From a virus (Duplodnaviria; Caudoviricetes): a DNA stretch of 64,000 bases. Shown here piece by piece: positions 25,480 to 35,250 of this stretch. The translations under genes were made by a program, and so were the position numbers. The stretch is taken from the IMG/VR virus record IMGVR_UViG_3300037780_000034, positions 128,001 through 192,000 of that record; one strand, written 5' to 3'. Every line of letters begins with the position of its first letter. The first letter of the stretch is position 1. A model generated the notes under the pieces. It saw only the letters and a list, made by a program, of their open reading frames with translations. It did no database searches and was not told the DNA's origin.

Positions 25480-27179
25480 AATTAATTGAAGTAGTAGAGT
25501 TATTTGAAGCACAAAATTATGAAGAAATGTTTAATAGTGTTTATGCAATAGCACAAAAATTACCAGAAGAAAATTCTATAAAACATGTTAAAGATATGAT
25601 AATGGAAGATATCAAGTGGGCAAAGCAACAATTAAAAAAAAGTGACCGAATAGTGTGGTATCTTAGAATAATAAAATACCGATGGTTAAAACAATTAGAA
25701 CGCACAAGGTTTCCACATCTTTCAACTGAAGAAATAACTTTATTATCACAACAAATTGATAAAGAATTAAGTAAGTTAACACAAAAATATAATTATGTTA
25801 TACAAAGTAGTGACTATATAAATAGAACATTTCGTGCAACGATAGAACATTTTTTAAGTTTACCAGTTGCAAAGATTTCAAATTATGTATGGACAACGCA
25901 ACCATCAAATAAAATTATAAAAGATTTTGAAGAATTTGAAGAAGAATGGAAAGAAGCAAGTGGAGAACGTGCAGTTGATATTCAAGAAGGTGACAAACTT
26001 ATACTAGAGTTTGATGGCGGAACAAAAGGATGGTGGTTACTAGCACGTGGTGCGTGTCGTGAAGAAGGCGGGGCTATGGGACACTGCGGAAATGTCCCAA
26101 GTGTAAGAACTGGCGACAGAATACTTAGTTTTCGTGTAAAAAATCAAAATAACAAATGGACACCTAATTTAACTTTTATCTTGGATAAAGATGGTTATCT
26201 TGGAGAAATGAAAGGTCGCGGAAATGAAAAACCAGCAGCAAGATATCATCCTTATATAATAGAACTATTAAAACAAACAAAATTGATCAAAGGTATAAAA
26301 GGCGGTGGGTATGCACCAGAAAATAATTTTAGATTAAGTGATTTAAGCGAAACCCAAAGAGAAGAACTAATAAAAATAAATCCTGAATATATGGATTTCT
26401 TAGATATGGTAAAACGATTTGGTCCAGATAACAAATCAGTTATAAAAAAAGCTATTGGTATAATGGACGAATTTATATCTTATGAAAGTTATGATAGTGA
26501 AAAAAATTGGTTTGTAATAGAGTCGTGGAAAGATGCAAGTGACCTTGTATCTGATTATGGAAATGATACTGCAAAATCTATATCTGATTATATGTCAGGA
26601 GATAGATTTTACGATTTATATTATGATGTTGATGATTCGCAAATATCAACATTTCTAAATGATTTAGATAGAATAGAACGTAAAAGTGGAAAAAATGATA
26701 CAACAAAACAGCGTATAGTAGAATGGTTAAAAAACTTTGACCCTGAATTTGATCCAAATGAACAAGATTGGGTAGATTATATAATTGAAAATGATATAGA
26801 TGATATCAAAGACCCAGTTTCAAGTGCTATATTAGATGGAGAAAGAGCAGGAGCAGAATCGCAAATGTATGATTCATATAAGGATGCTGTTTTTGAATTT
26901 TCTTCACCATTAGGTGTTGGTGAATTTATTTTTGAAGAAACAGATGAAGGTGATAAAAAAATTTACGAACCTATAAAGTTTGTAATAAGAATACCAGATA
27001 TTGTGCAACTTATAAAAGATGCTAATGGTGATGAACAAGATTTAGAAGATCATATGTATGATGGTTTCTTTTATGATTCAGAAATAAAAGTAGAACAACC
27101 ATACTACGGTTGGCAAGACTATGATGAGTCTGCTGCTATAGAAAGATTTTATGAACTATTAGATGAAAGTATTGGATAA
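25476..27179 (+). CDS. large late protein with a PcfJ-like central domain (paralog B)
   Basis: near-identical central domain to paralog A. Confidence 0.75.
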   Translation: MKLIEVVELFEAQNYEEMFNSVYAIAQKLPEENSIKHVKDMIMEDIKWAKQQLKKSDRIVWYLRIIKYRWLKQLERTRFPHLSTEEITLLSQQIDKELSKLTQKYNYVIQSSDYINRTFRATIEHFLSLPVAKISNYVWTTQPSNKIIKDFEEFEEEWKEASGERAVDIQEGDKLILEFDGGTKGWWLLARGACREEGGAMGHCGNVPSVRTGDRILSFRVKNQNNKWTPNLTFILDKDGYLGEMKGRGNEKPAARYHPYIIELLKQTKLIKGIKGGGYAPENNFRLSDLSETQREELIKINPEYMDFLDMVKRFGPDNKSVIKKAIGIMDEFISYESYDSEKNWFVIESWKDASDLVSDYGNDTAKSISDYMSGDRFYDLYYDVDDSQISTFLNDLDRIERKSGKNDTTKQRIVEWLKNFDPEFDPNEQDWVDYIIENDIDDIKDPVSSAILDGERAGAESQMYDSYKDAVFEFSSPLGVGEFIFEETDEGDKKIYEPIKFVIRIPDIVQLIKDANGDEQDLEDHMYDGFFYDSEIKVEQPYYGWQDYDESAAIERFYELLDESIG

Positions 27180-27255
27180 TACAATTAGCACTTGACACTG
27201 ACAGAATCTTATGGTATATTATCGTTATATAACAAACATATAAGGAGATAAGTAT

Positions 27256-27507
27256 ATGGGTAAGAAAAAAGGTGGAAAGAGTAAAGGATTTATTTCACAA
27301 GGTATTCACAGTAACGTTGCAAGTTCTACGCTAAATGCAATGCGCAGTGATTATCTTCAAAGTGGTGAACGTGTTATGAACCAGCTTAAAGCATTTCGTG
27401 CTGGAAAAAACGTAGTAGTTACTATTGAAAATCCTAATAAAAATGAAACAAATAAACGTTTAATTCGTGTAAATGCACGCGACATTTGGAAAAAGTTAGA
27501 GAAATAA
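27256..27507 (+). CDS. small basic hypothetical protein
   Basis: RBS AAGGAG; sigma70 promoter upstream. Confidence 0.7.
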   Translation: MGKKKGGKSKGFISQGIHSNVASSTLNAMRSDYLQSGERVMNQLKAFRAGKNVVVTIENPNKNETNKRLIRVNARDIWKKLEK

Positions 27508-28400
27508 TGAATGTTCTTGGCCTTTTCAGTGGAATAGGCGGGTTTGAATTAGGATTACAAAGAGCAGGATTTAATATTTCTGCTCTTTGTGAAATAGAAG
27601 AACCTTGTATTCGTGTTTTAAATAAAAATTTTCCAGATGTTCCAATTCTAAAAGATATATACAAAGTTAATTTAACAGAAAATGAATATGATGTATTATG
27701 TGGAGGATTTACCTGTTCAGATATATCTATATCTAGTAAAACTGGAACTGGTATAAATGGAAGTCGTTCAGGTATTTGGAAAGAATATTATAGATTAATT
27801 TGTGAAGGTAAGCCTAAATATGCGATCATTGAAAACGTCAGTGGATTGCTTGGAAGAGGACTTGAAGTCATTTTACACGACCTTGCCAAAATCGGGTATG
27901 ATGCGTGTTGGACAACGTTCGATTCAAAGTTTTTTGGAACTCCCCAACGACGCCGTAGAGTTTATATTGTGGGAATCCGTGACGGAATCCCCAACGGAAC
28001 CGATTTATTCAGGTTTAGAGAACGTAATACAGAAGAACACAGACAAACGTTGGATTCTTTCAACAACCGCTTTGAATGGGATTTTACGAAGAAGCAAGGA
28101 ATCACAAATTCCTTTGCCTACTTTACTAGACAACGCAGTGACGAATTTGCTTGTTTAGGTGTAAGTTCCACTCTTACAAAACGTGATTATAAAGACTTTA
28201 CCGATTTAGTTTATCAAGATGGAACCTTACGTAGGGTCACGCCAGAAGAAAGATTATTATTACAAACTTTTCCTATTGATTGGTTTGATGATTGTAATTT
28301 ATCAATGTCTGATAAATTTAAATTCAACGGAATGACAGTTAATGTTATAGAACATATAGGTAAGTGTATTATGGAATTTGAAAATGAAAGAAAAGTTTGA
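27507..28400 (+). CDS. C5 cytosine DNA methyltransferase-fold enzyme
   Basis: LFSGIGG (I), GFTC (IV), ENV (VI), QRRRRVY (VIII), RRVTPEERLLLQTFP (IX). Confidence 0.9.
   Translation: MNVLGLFSGIGGFELGLQRAGFNISALCEIEEPCIRVLNKNFPDVPILKDIYKVNLTENEYDVLCGGFTCSDISISSKTGTGINGSRSGIWKEYYRLICEGKPKYAIIENVSGLLGRGLEVILHDLAKIGYDACWTTFDSKFFGTPQRRRRVYIVGIRDGIPNGTDLFRFRERNTEEHRQTLDSFNNRFEWDFTKKQGITNSFAYFTRQRSDEFACLGVSSTLTKRDYKDFTDLVYQDGTLRRVTPEERLLLQTFPIDWFDDCNLSMSDKFKFNGMTVNVIEHIGKCIMEFENERKV
27820..28158 (+). CDS. overlapping +1-frame ORF like the M.EcoHK31I beta polypeptide
   Basis: SGMMRVG...LENVI...ILSTTALNGILRRSKE. Confidence 0.6.
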   Translation: MRSLKTSVDCLEEDLKSFYTTLPKSGMMRVGQRSIQSFLELPNDAVEFILWESVTESPTEPIYSGLENVIQKNTDKRWILSTTALNGILRRSKESQIPLPTLLDNAVTNLLV

Positions 28401-29025
28401 TTTTAACAATATAAAAGAGTTTGATAACCATATAAGTCTTTCTATTCCTAATTATGATGGGTTATTTGATATTTTTCAAGCAATAGCGTTAGAATATATG
28501 CCAGAAGATGGAAAGTGCATTGATATAGGGTGTAGCACTGGAAAGTTTCTTAACGATTTATCTTTGCAAACAAAAGGAGATTATTACGGAGTAGATGTGG
28601 TAGATATGAAATCACCATATTACGAAAATATTACTTATGTAAATGCAGATGCTTATGATATTTTAAAACAATTTACTAATGTAGATTTAATAATATGTAT
28701 GTTTACTTTGCAATTTCTTGGAAAAACAAAAAGAAAACTTGTTGTAAATGAACTGAAAAGATTAGTAGAAAATGGTTCAAAACTTTTAATAGCAGAAAAG
28801 GTTTTTATAGGTGACGCAAAGCTTTCTTCTGTAATATACAAAGAACATATCAATCAAAAAAGAAAACATTTTTCTGACACAGATATATTAGATAAAGATT
28901 ATGCACTTCTTGGAAAAATGCAATGTCTTTCTGATTTTGATATTAATAAAGAACTTGAACATATAGGATTTCAAAGTCAAGTATGGCAAAGTTACAATTT
29001 CAAAGGATGGTTCGTAGAACACTGA
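28384..29025 (+). CDS. CmoA-like carboxy-SAM synthase / SAM-dependent methyltransferase
   Basis: FDF, FDNHISLSIPNY, DIGCSTG, FTLQFL, AEK, WQSYNF. Confidence 0.8.
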   Translation: MKEKFDFNNIKEFDNHISLSIPNYDGLFDIFQAIALEYMPEDGKCIDIGCSTGKFLNDLSLQTKGDYYGVDVVDMKSPYYENITYVNADAYDILKQFTNVDLIICMFTLQFLGKTKRKLVVNELKRLVENGSKLLIAEKVFIGDAKLSSVIYKEHINQKRKHFSDTDILDKDYALLGKMQCLSDFDINKELEHIGFQSQVWQSYNFKGWFVEH

Positions 29026-29126
29026 TAAATAGGTATTGACAGCAACTGCGATATAGTATATAGTTACTACTATGTGTTATTATGCCTGAACATTGTTCAG
29101 GTATAATCTTTATAAGGAATCTAAAA

Positions 29127-29408
29127 ATGTCAAACAGAAACACAACAAACGATATTAAATTTATTGATCCAATAACTTATGAAGTTGTATGCACCTATAA
29201 TGGGTGTTCAGAAAAATTTGAAATACATAAAACGGAAATAAAAGAAAGACACAAACCAAACAAAAAACAAGAGAGAGACATTGTTTATTTTCAACACTAT
29301 AGAAAATGCAATGAATGTGGCAAAACCATAAGACTTAATATTGATGAAAGGGCTACACGTTCAAGTAAAGCTGTAGCCATAAAAAAATCTTTAAAAGAAA
29401 AAGACTGA
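29127..29408 (+). CDS. hypothetical Zn-binding protein
   Basis: CTYNGC, CNECG. Confidence 0.55.
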   Translation: MSNRNTTNDIKFIDPITYEVVCTYNGCSEKFEIHKTEIKERHKPNKKQERDIVYFQHYRKCNECGKTIRLNIDERATRSSKAVAIKKSLKEKD

Positions 29409-29473
29409 TTATATAAAAATATTTTAAATCTTTAAAGTAGGATTATAAAATGTAGAAATTAAATGAGGAAAAA

Positions 29474-29977
29474 ATGTTTACGGATACCCAAGTAGAAGAA
29501 TTAGTTGAATTACTGTTAACTTTAAATAAAAATACAAAAATATATATAGGGTGTGATTCCTATAGATTTATGAAAAAAGAAAAAAAATATGCAAAGTTTG
29601 CAACCGTGTGTATCGTTCATATGAATGGAAATAATGGTTGTAGAGTTTTTTCACATACGTCTATAGAACCGGACTTTGATTTAAAGGCTAATAGACCAAA
29701 GATGCGTATGCTTAATGAAGCAAAGAAAATTTGTGAAGCATATAATCAATTAATTCCTTTTGTAGATGAATATGATGTATCAGTTCATTTAGATATAAAT
29801 CTTGATGAACAGCATGGTTCAAACTGTGCTGCAAAAGAAGCAGCCGGATTTGTGCTTGGTATGACTGGATTGCCAGAAGAAAAAATCATATTTAAACCAG
29901 ATGCTTGGGCATCTTCGCACGGAGCAGACGGTTCTGTTCACGGTAGAACATCATCAACAAATAACTATATTATATAA
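29474..29977 (+). CDS. RNase H-like YkuK (DUF458) protein
   Basis: YIGCDS, VHLDIN, KPDAWASS. Confidence 0.8.
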   Translation: MFTDTQVEELVELLLTLNKNTKIYIGCDSYRFMKKEKKYAKFATVCIVHMNGNNGCRVFSHTSIEPDFDLKANRPKMRMLNEAKKICEAYNQLIPFVDEYDVSVHLDINLDEQHGSNCAAKEAAGFVLGMTGLPEEKIIFKPDAWASSHGADGSVHGRTSSTNNYII

Positions 29978-30003
29978 ATATGTTTGTATAGGAACTTTGC
30001 AAA

Positions 30004-31107
30004 TTGAAAAAATATGATTTCATATTAACTGAACGTGTTAAACCCAGAATTGACCATCCTGAAGACCTTGTATGGCAGTATGGTAGTTCTGGGTTTAAAA
30101 ACGCAGTAAATGCATTAAAATATACTCAAGAAAATGAAGATTCCATCACCTTAAAATGGGATGGAACTCCTAGTCTTATATTTGGAAGAGACCCAAATAC
30201 TGGAAAATTTACACTAACTGATAAAACTGGATTCGGCGCAACCACCTATAAAGGTAGACCAGATGATGCACAAGAATTATACAATATGTTATATTCAAGA
30301 TTGCCTAATCAACCAAATAGAAGTGAATATGCAAAAAAGATTGCCATATTATGGAATTACTTTGAAAAAATTACTCCACCTACATTAAGAGGATTTTATC
30401 AGGGAGATTTATTATATGTTGGAACTCCTACTGTAGAAAATAACAATTATGTAATAAAACCAAATAAAATAACATATTCTATACCTGTAAATAGTAAATT
30501 CGGAAAAGCAATTTCTTTAAGTGTTATAGGAATAGCAGTTCATAGTTTTTTTAAAAATTATGGAATAAGTGTTCCAGAACCTGTTAATGATGTGTCTGAT
30601 TTACAAACTACAAATGAAGTATTAGTAATACCTCCGAGAATATCAACTTTAAAAGTATTTGATGTTTCTTCTCCAAAAATTTCAAATATTGATTTGATTG
30701 ATTCTTTGCTTGACCAAGTTGTATTAAAATCTAAAAAAATTAGTGATTTTAATACTTATATTGGAAAATATGTAAATCATATGGCAAGGATGGGAGATAA
30801 CAATTATGAAAATGCTCCGACAGAATTTATAAAATGGTTTGAAACTTATAAAAATGTAAGTGAAACTAAAAGAAATAAAATAAAACTTCACATAAAAGAA
30901 AATGTTGATGCATACAATAAATTGTGGGAAGCAATATCAAAAATTAATGAAATGAAAACACTAATAAAAAAGCAACTTGATAATCAAGAAAACAATATCA
31001 TTAAAGCATCTATAAGTGGAAAAAATAACCACGAAGGATATGTAGTATCGACCCCTTATGGCAAGATAAAATTGGTTGATAGATACATATTTATGAGAAA
31101 GGATTAA
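30004..31107 (+). CDS. conserved phage protein with a ligase-like KxDG motif (TTG start)
   Basis: RIDHPED, TLKWDGTP, QGDLLY, HEGYV, IKLVDR. Confidence 0.75.
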   Translation: MKKYDFILTERVKPRIDHPEDLVWQYGSSGFKNAVNALKYTQENEDSITLKWDGTPSLIFGRDPNTGKFTLTDKTGFGATTYKGRPDDAQELYNMLYSRLPNQPNRSEYAKKIAILWNYFEKITPPTLRGFYQGDLLYVGTPTVENNNYVIKPNKITYSIPVNSKFGKAISLSVIGIAVHSFFKNYGISVPEPVNDVSDLQTTNEVLVIPPRISTLKVFDVSSPKISNIDLIDSLLDQVVLKSKKISDFNTYIGKYVNHMARMGDNNYENAPTEFIKWFETYKNVSETKRNKIKLHIKENVDAYNKLWEAISKINEMKTLIKKQLDNQENNIIKASISGKNNHEGYVVSTPYGKIKLVDRYIFMRKD

Positions 31108-31110
31108 AAG

Positions 31111-32253
31111 ATGAAAACCGAAGAATTTGAAAACAAAGAAATTATAGTCATTTATCCTGGCAGATTTCAACCATTTCATAAAGGACACCTGAAGATATAT
31201 AACTGGTTAAAATCAAAGTTTGATAATGTTTTTATCACAACCAGTAATACAACTGAATTAGATCGTAGTCCTTTTTCATTTGATGAAAAAAGAAAAATTA
31301 TGTTATTTTCTGGTGTTGGAGAAAATAGTATAATACAAGCAAGTAAACCATATAGTCCTGATGAATTATTAGAAAATTATGATCCGACTAAAACCATTTT
31401 AGTTATGGCTGTAAGTCAAAAAGATATGAGTGGTGAAAATCCAAGGTTTAGTTTTAATGATAAAAAAGATGGATCAAAAAGTTACTTTCAAAAATTTGAT
31501 ACTAATAATATGCAACCAATGGACAAACACGGTTATGTTATTGTTGTTCCAACTGTTGAATTTTCAATATTAGGAAAATCTGTTAATAGTGCAACTGAAA
31601 TACGCGATATGTTTAAAAATTCTACACCAAATATTCAAAGAAAAATCGTAAAAGATTTATATGGAAAATATTCTGACGAAATTCACGAACTATTAAGAAA
31701 AAAATTAAATATTCTTACTTCTTCATTCGTTAACGAAGCATTGGAATATCATTTAACAACAAAAACCCCTATACGTGAAAGTATTCTTAGAAGTGGAAGT
31801 AGATCGTTTTTTGATATGATAAACCATATTAAAGAAAATATAAGCAATTATTATCTTGATGAAATTGATAGAGAATTATTGAAAACTGACATTGGAGAAA
31901 TAGTTACACTAAAAGATGGCACACAGGTTCCTCTTGATCTTCCGTTTACAAGAACAGATGAAGAAATGATGGAAGCAGAATATAGAGGTAAAGATGTAAC
32001 ATTGAATCAACCAAAACGTGGTGGTCCTAAGAAATTTTATGTCTATGTTCGTGATCCAAAAACAAAAAATATTAAAAAAGTAAATTTTGGAGCAAGCGGA
32101 ATGAGTGTAAAAGCTAATAATCCAGACAGAGTAAAGGCATTTGTTAGTAGACACGATTGTAAAAATAAAAATGATAAAACAAAACCAAGTTATTGGAGTT
32201 GTAGGCTACCTAGATATAAAAGTTTAGGAATTAAAGGAGGTCAATGGTGGTAG
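31111..32253 (+). CDS. HxGH nucleotidyltransferase (cytidylyltransferase-like) fused to a basic C-terminal domain
   Basis: YPGRFQPFHKGH; SATEIR; C-terminal KKFYVYV...YWSC. Confidence 0.8.
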   Translation: MKTEEFENKEIIVIYPGRFQPFHKGHLKIYNWLKSKFDNVFITTSNTTELDRSPFSFDEKRKIMLFSGVGENSIIQASKPYSPDELLENYDPTKTILVMAVSQKDMSGENPRFSFNDKKDGSKSYFQKFDTNNMQPMDKHGYVIVVPTVEFSILGKSVNSATEIRDMFKNSTPNIQRKIVKDLYGKYSDEIHELLRKKLNILTSSFVNEALEYHLTTKTPIRESILRSGSRSFFDMINHIKENISNYYLDEIDRELLKTDIGEIVTLKDGTQVPLDLPFTRTDEEMMEAEYRGKDVTLNQPKRGGPKKFYVYVRDPKTKNIKKVNFGASGMSVKANNPDRVKAFVSRHDCKNKNDKTKPSYWSCRLPRYKSLGIKGGQWW

Positions 32254-32531
32254 TAGACATTATTGACAAACCATATAATACATCTGTTATATCTGAAAAC
32301 AAATTTATAAGAGAATTTTCAAAAGACGTAGATCAAGAATCACTAGTCTGGCATAGAGATAAAAAAGATAGATTGGTTAAAATCATAGAAGGTAAAGATT
32401 GGTCTATACAATTTGATAACTTTATGCCAGAAAATCTTTCAGTAGGTTCAGAGTTTTATATTCCAAAAAACACATATCATAGAATAATTAAAGGAACAAC
32501 TGATCTCAAGATAGAAATAACTGAATTTTAA
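32244..32531 (+). CDS. cupin-fold protein
   Basis: LVWHRD...IPKNTYHRIIKG. Confidence 0.7.
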   Translation: MVVVDIIDKPYNTSVISENKFIREFSKDVDQESLVWHRDKKDRLVKIIEGKDWSIQFDNFMPENLSVGSEFYIPKNTYHRIIKGTTDLKIEITEF

Positions 32532-32631
32532 TGTTGCAAAAATACAACAAGTTTGGTTTACTGATATTTTAGTGTTGCAGTCTTTCATATCATATGCTAT
32601 TCTATACACCTAAGTAGAAAAGGAGAAACAT

Positions 32632-33228
32632 ATGAAAAAACTACTAGTAACTACAGCTATCGCCCTTGGTCTATCTACCCCTGTTATGGCTGGAAACTTT
32701 GATAATACTCAACTTCGCACAGTTGTTTATTCTGGAAATTTTGAATTTTCACTCTCTGGTGATACTCAGAATGGTATGGATTATGTTGGCGTTGGCTATC
32801 ATTATCTTCATCATTCACTTGGTTCACTTGATGCAAACGTATTCACAGAACTATCATACGGTATGGTTACAGATGATGTAACGGTTGATCTTGAATATCA
32901 AGCATATGGTGCCGCAGGATTATTTACTTTATATGGTTCAGTTGGTGTAGAATATAATGCACTAGCAAATAACTTTGGAAGCGGCACTTGGACATTTGCT
33001 CCATATGTTGGAACTTCATATGACATTTCAGAGGTTGTTGGAGTTTACGGCGAAGTTGGATATAATTGGGATATTTCAAGTAATTTTACTCGCCAAGGTG
33101 GGTATGCAGAAGTTGGACTTGATTATTTGCTAACAGAAAATGTTGCAATTACTCCTTATGTAACACGCACGTTTGATACCAATAATAATGAAACACAATT
33201 CGGTCTTGTTGTTGGACTATCATTCTAA
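32632..33228 (+). CDS. outer-membrane beta-barrel protein
   Basis: signal peptide, alternating beta pattern, terminal FGLVVGLSF. Confidence 0.75.
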   Translation: MKKLLVTTAIALGLSTPVMAGNFDNTQLRTVVYSGNFEFSLSGDTQNGMDYVGVGYHYLHHSLGSLDANVFTELSYGMVTDDVTVDLEYQAYGAAGLFTLYGSVGVEYNALANNFGSGTWTFAPYVGTSYDISEVVGVYGEVGYNWDISSNFTRQGGYAEVGLDYLLTENVAITPYVTRTFDTNNNETQFGLVVGLSF

Positions 33229-33243
33229 TAGTTTATACTGATA

Positions 33244-33267
33244 AGTAGGAGGGATATCCCTCCTACT
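33244..33267 (+). terminator. palindromic terminator
   Basis: AGTAGGAGGGATATCCCTCCTACT. Confidence 0.7.
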
Positions 33268-33290
33268 ATTTTACACCTAGCATAGGAAAT

Positions 33291-33569
33291 GTGATGGAAA
33301 AAAATACTTTGTTTATTTGTAATTGTTCTAACGCAGAACATCAATTTATCATACGATATGATTCAGATTATTATGATGAAATATGCATAAGCGTTCATCT
33401 TACACAACCCGAAACTTTTTTTAAAAGAATTAATAAAGCTGTAAAATATATTTTCGGTCATCGTAGTGATTATGGAGATTTCCAAGAAATTCTACTTGAC
33501 ATCGAACAGACTCATAAGCTAGTATCTACATTACAGAAACACTTGACAGAAATGGAAAACAAACAATGA
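33291..33569 (+). CDS. hypothetical protein
   Basis: ORF with ATGA coupling to the next gene. Confidence 0.6.
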   Translation: MMEKNTLFICNCSNAEHQFIIRYDSDYYDEICISVHLTQPETFFKRINKAVKYIFGHRSDYGDFQEILLDIEQTHKLVSTLQKHLTEMENKQ

Positions 33570-34672
33570 CTTATTATGTTCGCACAGGTAACACATATCG
33601 TATTATGAACGAAAGCAATGTTGAAGTAACACAACATCTTGAACCAAAAACATATAGCGTTATTCAACACCCTATGACTGGTGAATATATGCTTCAACCA
33701 ATCAATGATTTTAAACTTCCTTCTAAAATTTATGGAAAAACGAAAATTCAAGCTGAACGAATTTTGAAAACTTTTAAAAATCGTCCTCTATCTACTGGTG
33801 TTCATATGGATGGCGTCAAAGGAAGTGGTAAATCGCTTTTGGCAAAATACGTTTCTGTGATTGCACAAGAACAAAAAATTCCAACTATTGTAATTAACAA
33901 TGCATTTTGCGGAGAAGAATTTAATAAGTTTGTGCAAAGTATTGATGTTCCTGCGATTCTTCTTTTTGACGAATTTGAAAAAGTATATGATTACGAACAT
34001 CAAAATAAGATTCTAACTTTGTTTGATGGGGTGTATCCTTCAAAGAAACTATTCCTTCTTACAACAAACGATTCTTATCGTGTATCTGAATTCTTGAAAA
34101 ATCGTCCTGGCCGCATTTATTATTCATTTAAATTTGATACGCTAGAACCTTCTTTTGTTCGGGAATATTGCGAAGATAATCTTGTAGATAAATCAAAAAT
34201 TGATAATGTTGTAAACTATACAAACATTTTTAGTTTCTTCAATTTTGATATGCTTTCAGCAGCAGTTGAAGAAATGAACCGCTATAACGAAAGCTTGCAA
34301 GAAGTTCTCGGATATCTTAATATCGTTCCTGAAACTAAGAATAGCGATTCTTATATGGTAATCTTTGAGTATAAAGGAAAACTTCAAGAAATTGATAAAA
34401 CTCATACTGGATTTAATCCAAATGATTTTTTTTATAATGTTTCAAAAAAGGAACTTGAAAAAGCATTTACACCAGAAGAAGTAAATGAAATGTCTGTTAT
34501 GTTTGATGACGATCAAGACATTACTTTTGTTCCTGAAGATATTTCAATGTTTGATAACAGTTCAAATTCTTTCATCTACGGAAGAAACAATAAAGGTGTT
34601 ACGGTTAAACTGATGTTCAAGAAAAACGAAAACAAAGCTCATTATAATTTTATCAATAACTTTGCTTTCTAA
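33566..34672 (+). CDS. AAA+ ATPase
   Basis: GVKGSGKS, LLFDEFEK, NRPGRI. Confidence 0.9.
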   Translation: MTYYVRTGNTYRIMNESNVEVTQHLEPKTYSVIQHPMTGEYMLQPINDFKLPSKIYGKTKIQAERILKTFKNRPLSTGVHMDGVKGSGKSLLAKYVSVIAQEQKIPTIVINNAFCGEEFNKFVQSIDVPAILLFDEFEKVYDYEHQNKILTLFDGVYPSKKLFLLTTNDSYRVSEFLKNRPGRIYYSFKFDTLEPSFVREYCEDNLVDKSKIDNVVNYTNIFSFFNFDMLSAAVEEMNRYNESLQEVLGYLNIVPETKNSDSYMVIFEYKGKLQEIDKTHTGFNPNDFFYNVSKKELEKAFTPEEVNEMSVMFDDDQDITFVPEDISMFDNSSNSFIYGRNNKGVTVKLMFKKNENKAHYNFINNFAF

Positions 34673-34685
34673 AACAAGTTAAAAT

Positions 34686-34713
34686 AACAGACAGGGACTA
34701 GTCCCTGTCTGTT
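34686..34713 (+). terminator. palindromic terminator
   Basis: AACAGACAGGGACTAGTCCCTGTCTGTT. Confidence 0.7.
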
Positions 34714-34731
34714 TATATTAGGATTACAATT

Positions 34732-35250
34732 ATGAATAATGAAAGAAAATATCTTGTTTTTCTAGATATTGATGGTGTATTTACATCAAGTAGAGTTCAT
34801 TATGCTCATAATGGAAGCTACGATATGTGGGCAAGATTTGATCCAATTGCAGTTGACTTTATGAATAAAATACACGATAGATATCCTGTAGAATTTGTAA
34901 TTATGTCAACTTGGAAAAATTTCATTGATTCAAAAAGTATGCAATCCGAACATTGGGTCCAGTCTGCTTTTGCAAACAGTGGGTTTAGAGGAAAGTTTGC
35001 ATCACCTTGGAAAACTGATCCAGATGAAGAATGGATCAAACAAACAATGGATCGCGGAGAAGAAGTTCTTCGTTATTTAAATACTTATGGGTCTGATGTT
35101 GAAGATTTTATTCTGTTTGATGATAACCGATATAGATTTAATGAAATTCTTCCTAAAAAACGCCTAGTGTTAACTGATTCGGAAAATGGGTTATTGTTTA
35201 AACATATGTTGAATGCACAAAGCATTATGGGAGTTTGGAAAGAAAAATGA
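34732..35250 (+). CDS. HAD-family protein (Swiss-army-knife RNA repair type)
   Basis: FLDIDGV, MSTWK, RGEEV, LFDD. Confidence 0.8.
   Translation: MNNERKYLVFLDIDGVFTSSRVHYAHNGSYDMWARFDPIAVDFMNKIHDRYPVEFVIMSTWKNFIDSKSMQSEHWVQSAFANSGFRGKFASPWKTDPDEEWIKQTMDRGEEVLRYLNTYGSDVEDFILFDDNRYRFNEILPKKRLVLTDSENGLLFKHMLNAQSIMGVWKEK

Noticed and set aside
4235-34713. Loop-less palindromes (4235, 23493, 33244, 34686) as a repeat family
   Set aside because: Sequences are unrelated and all follow stop codons; best explained as terminators.
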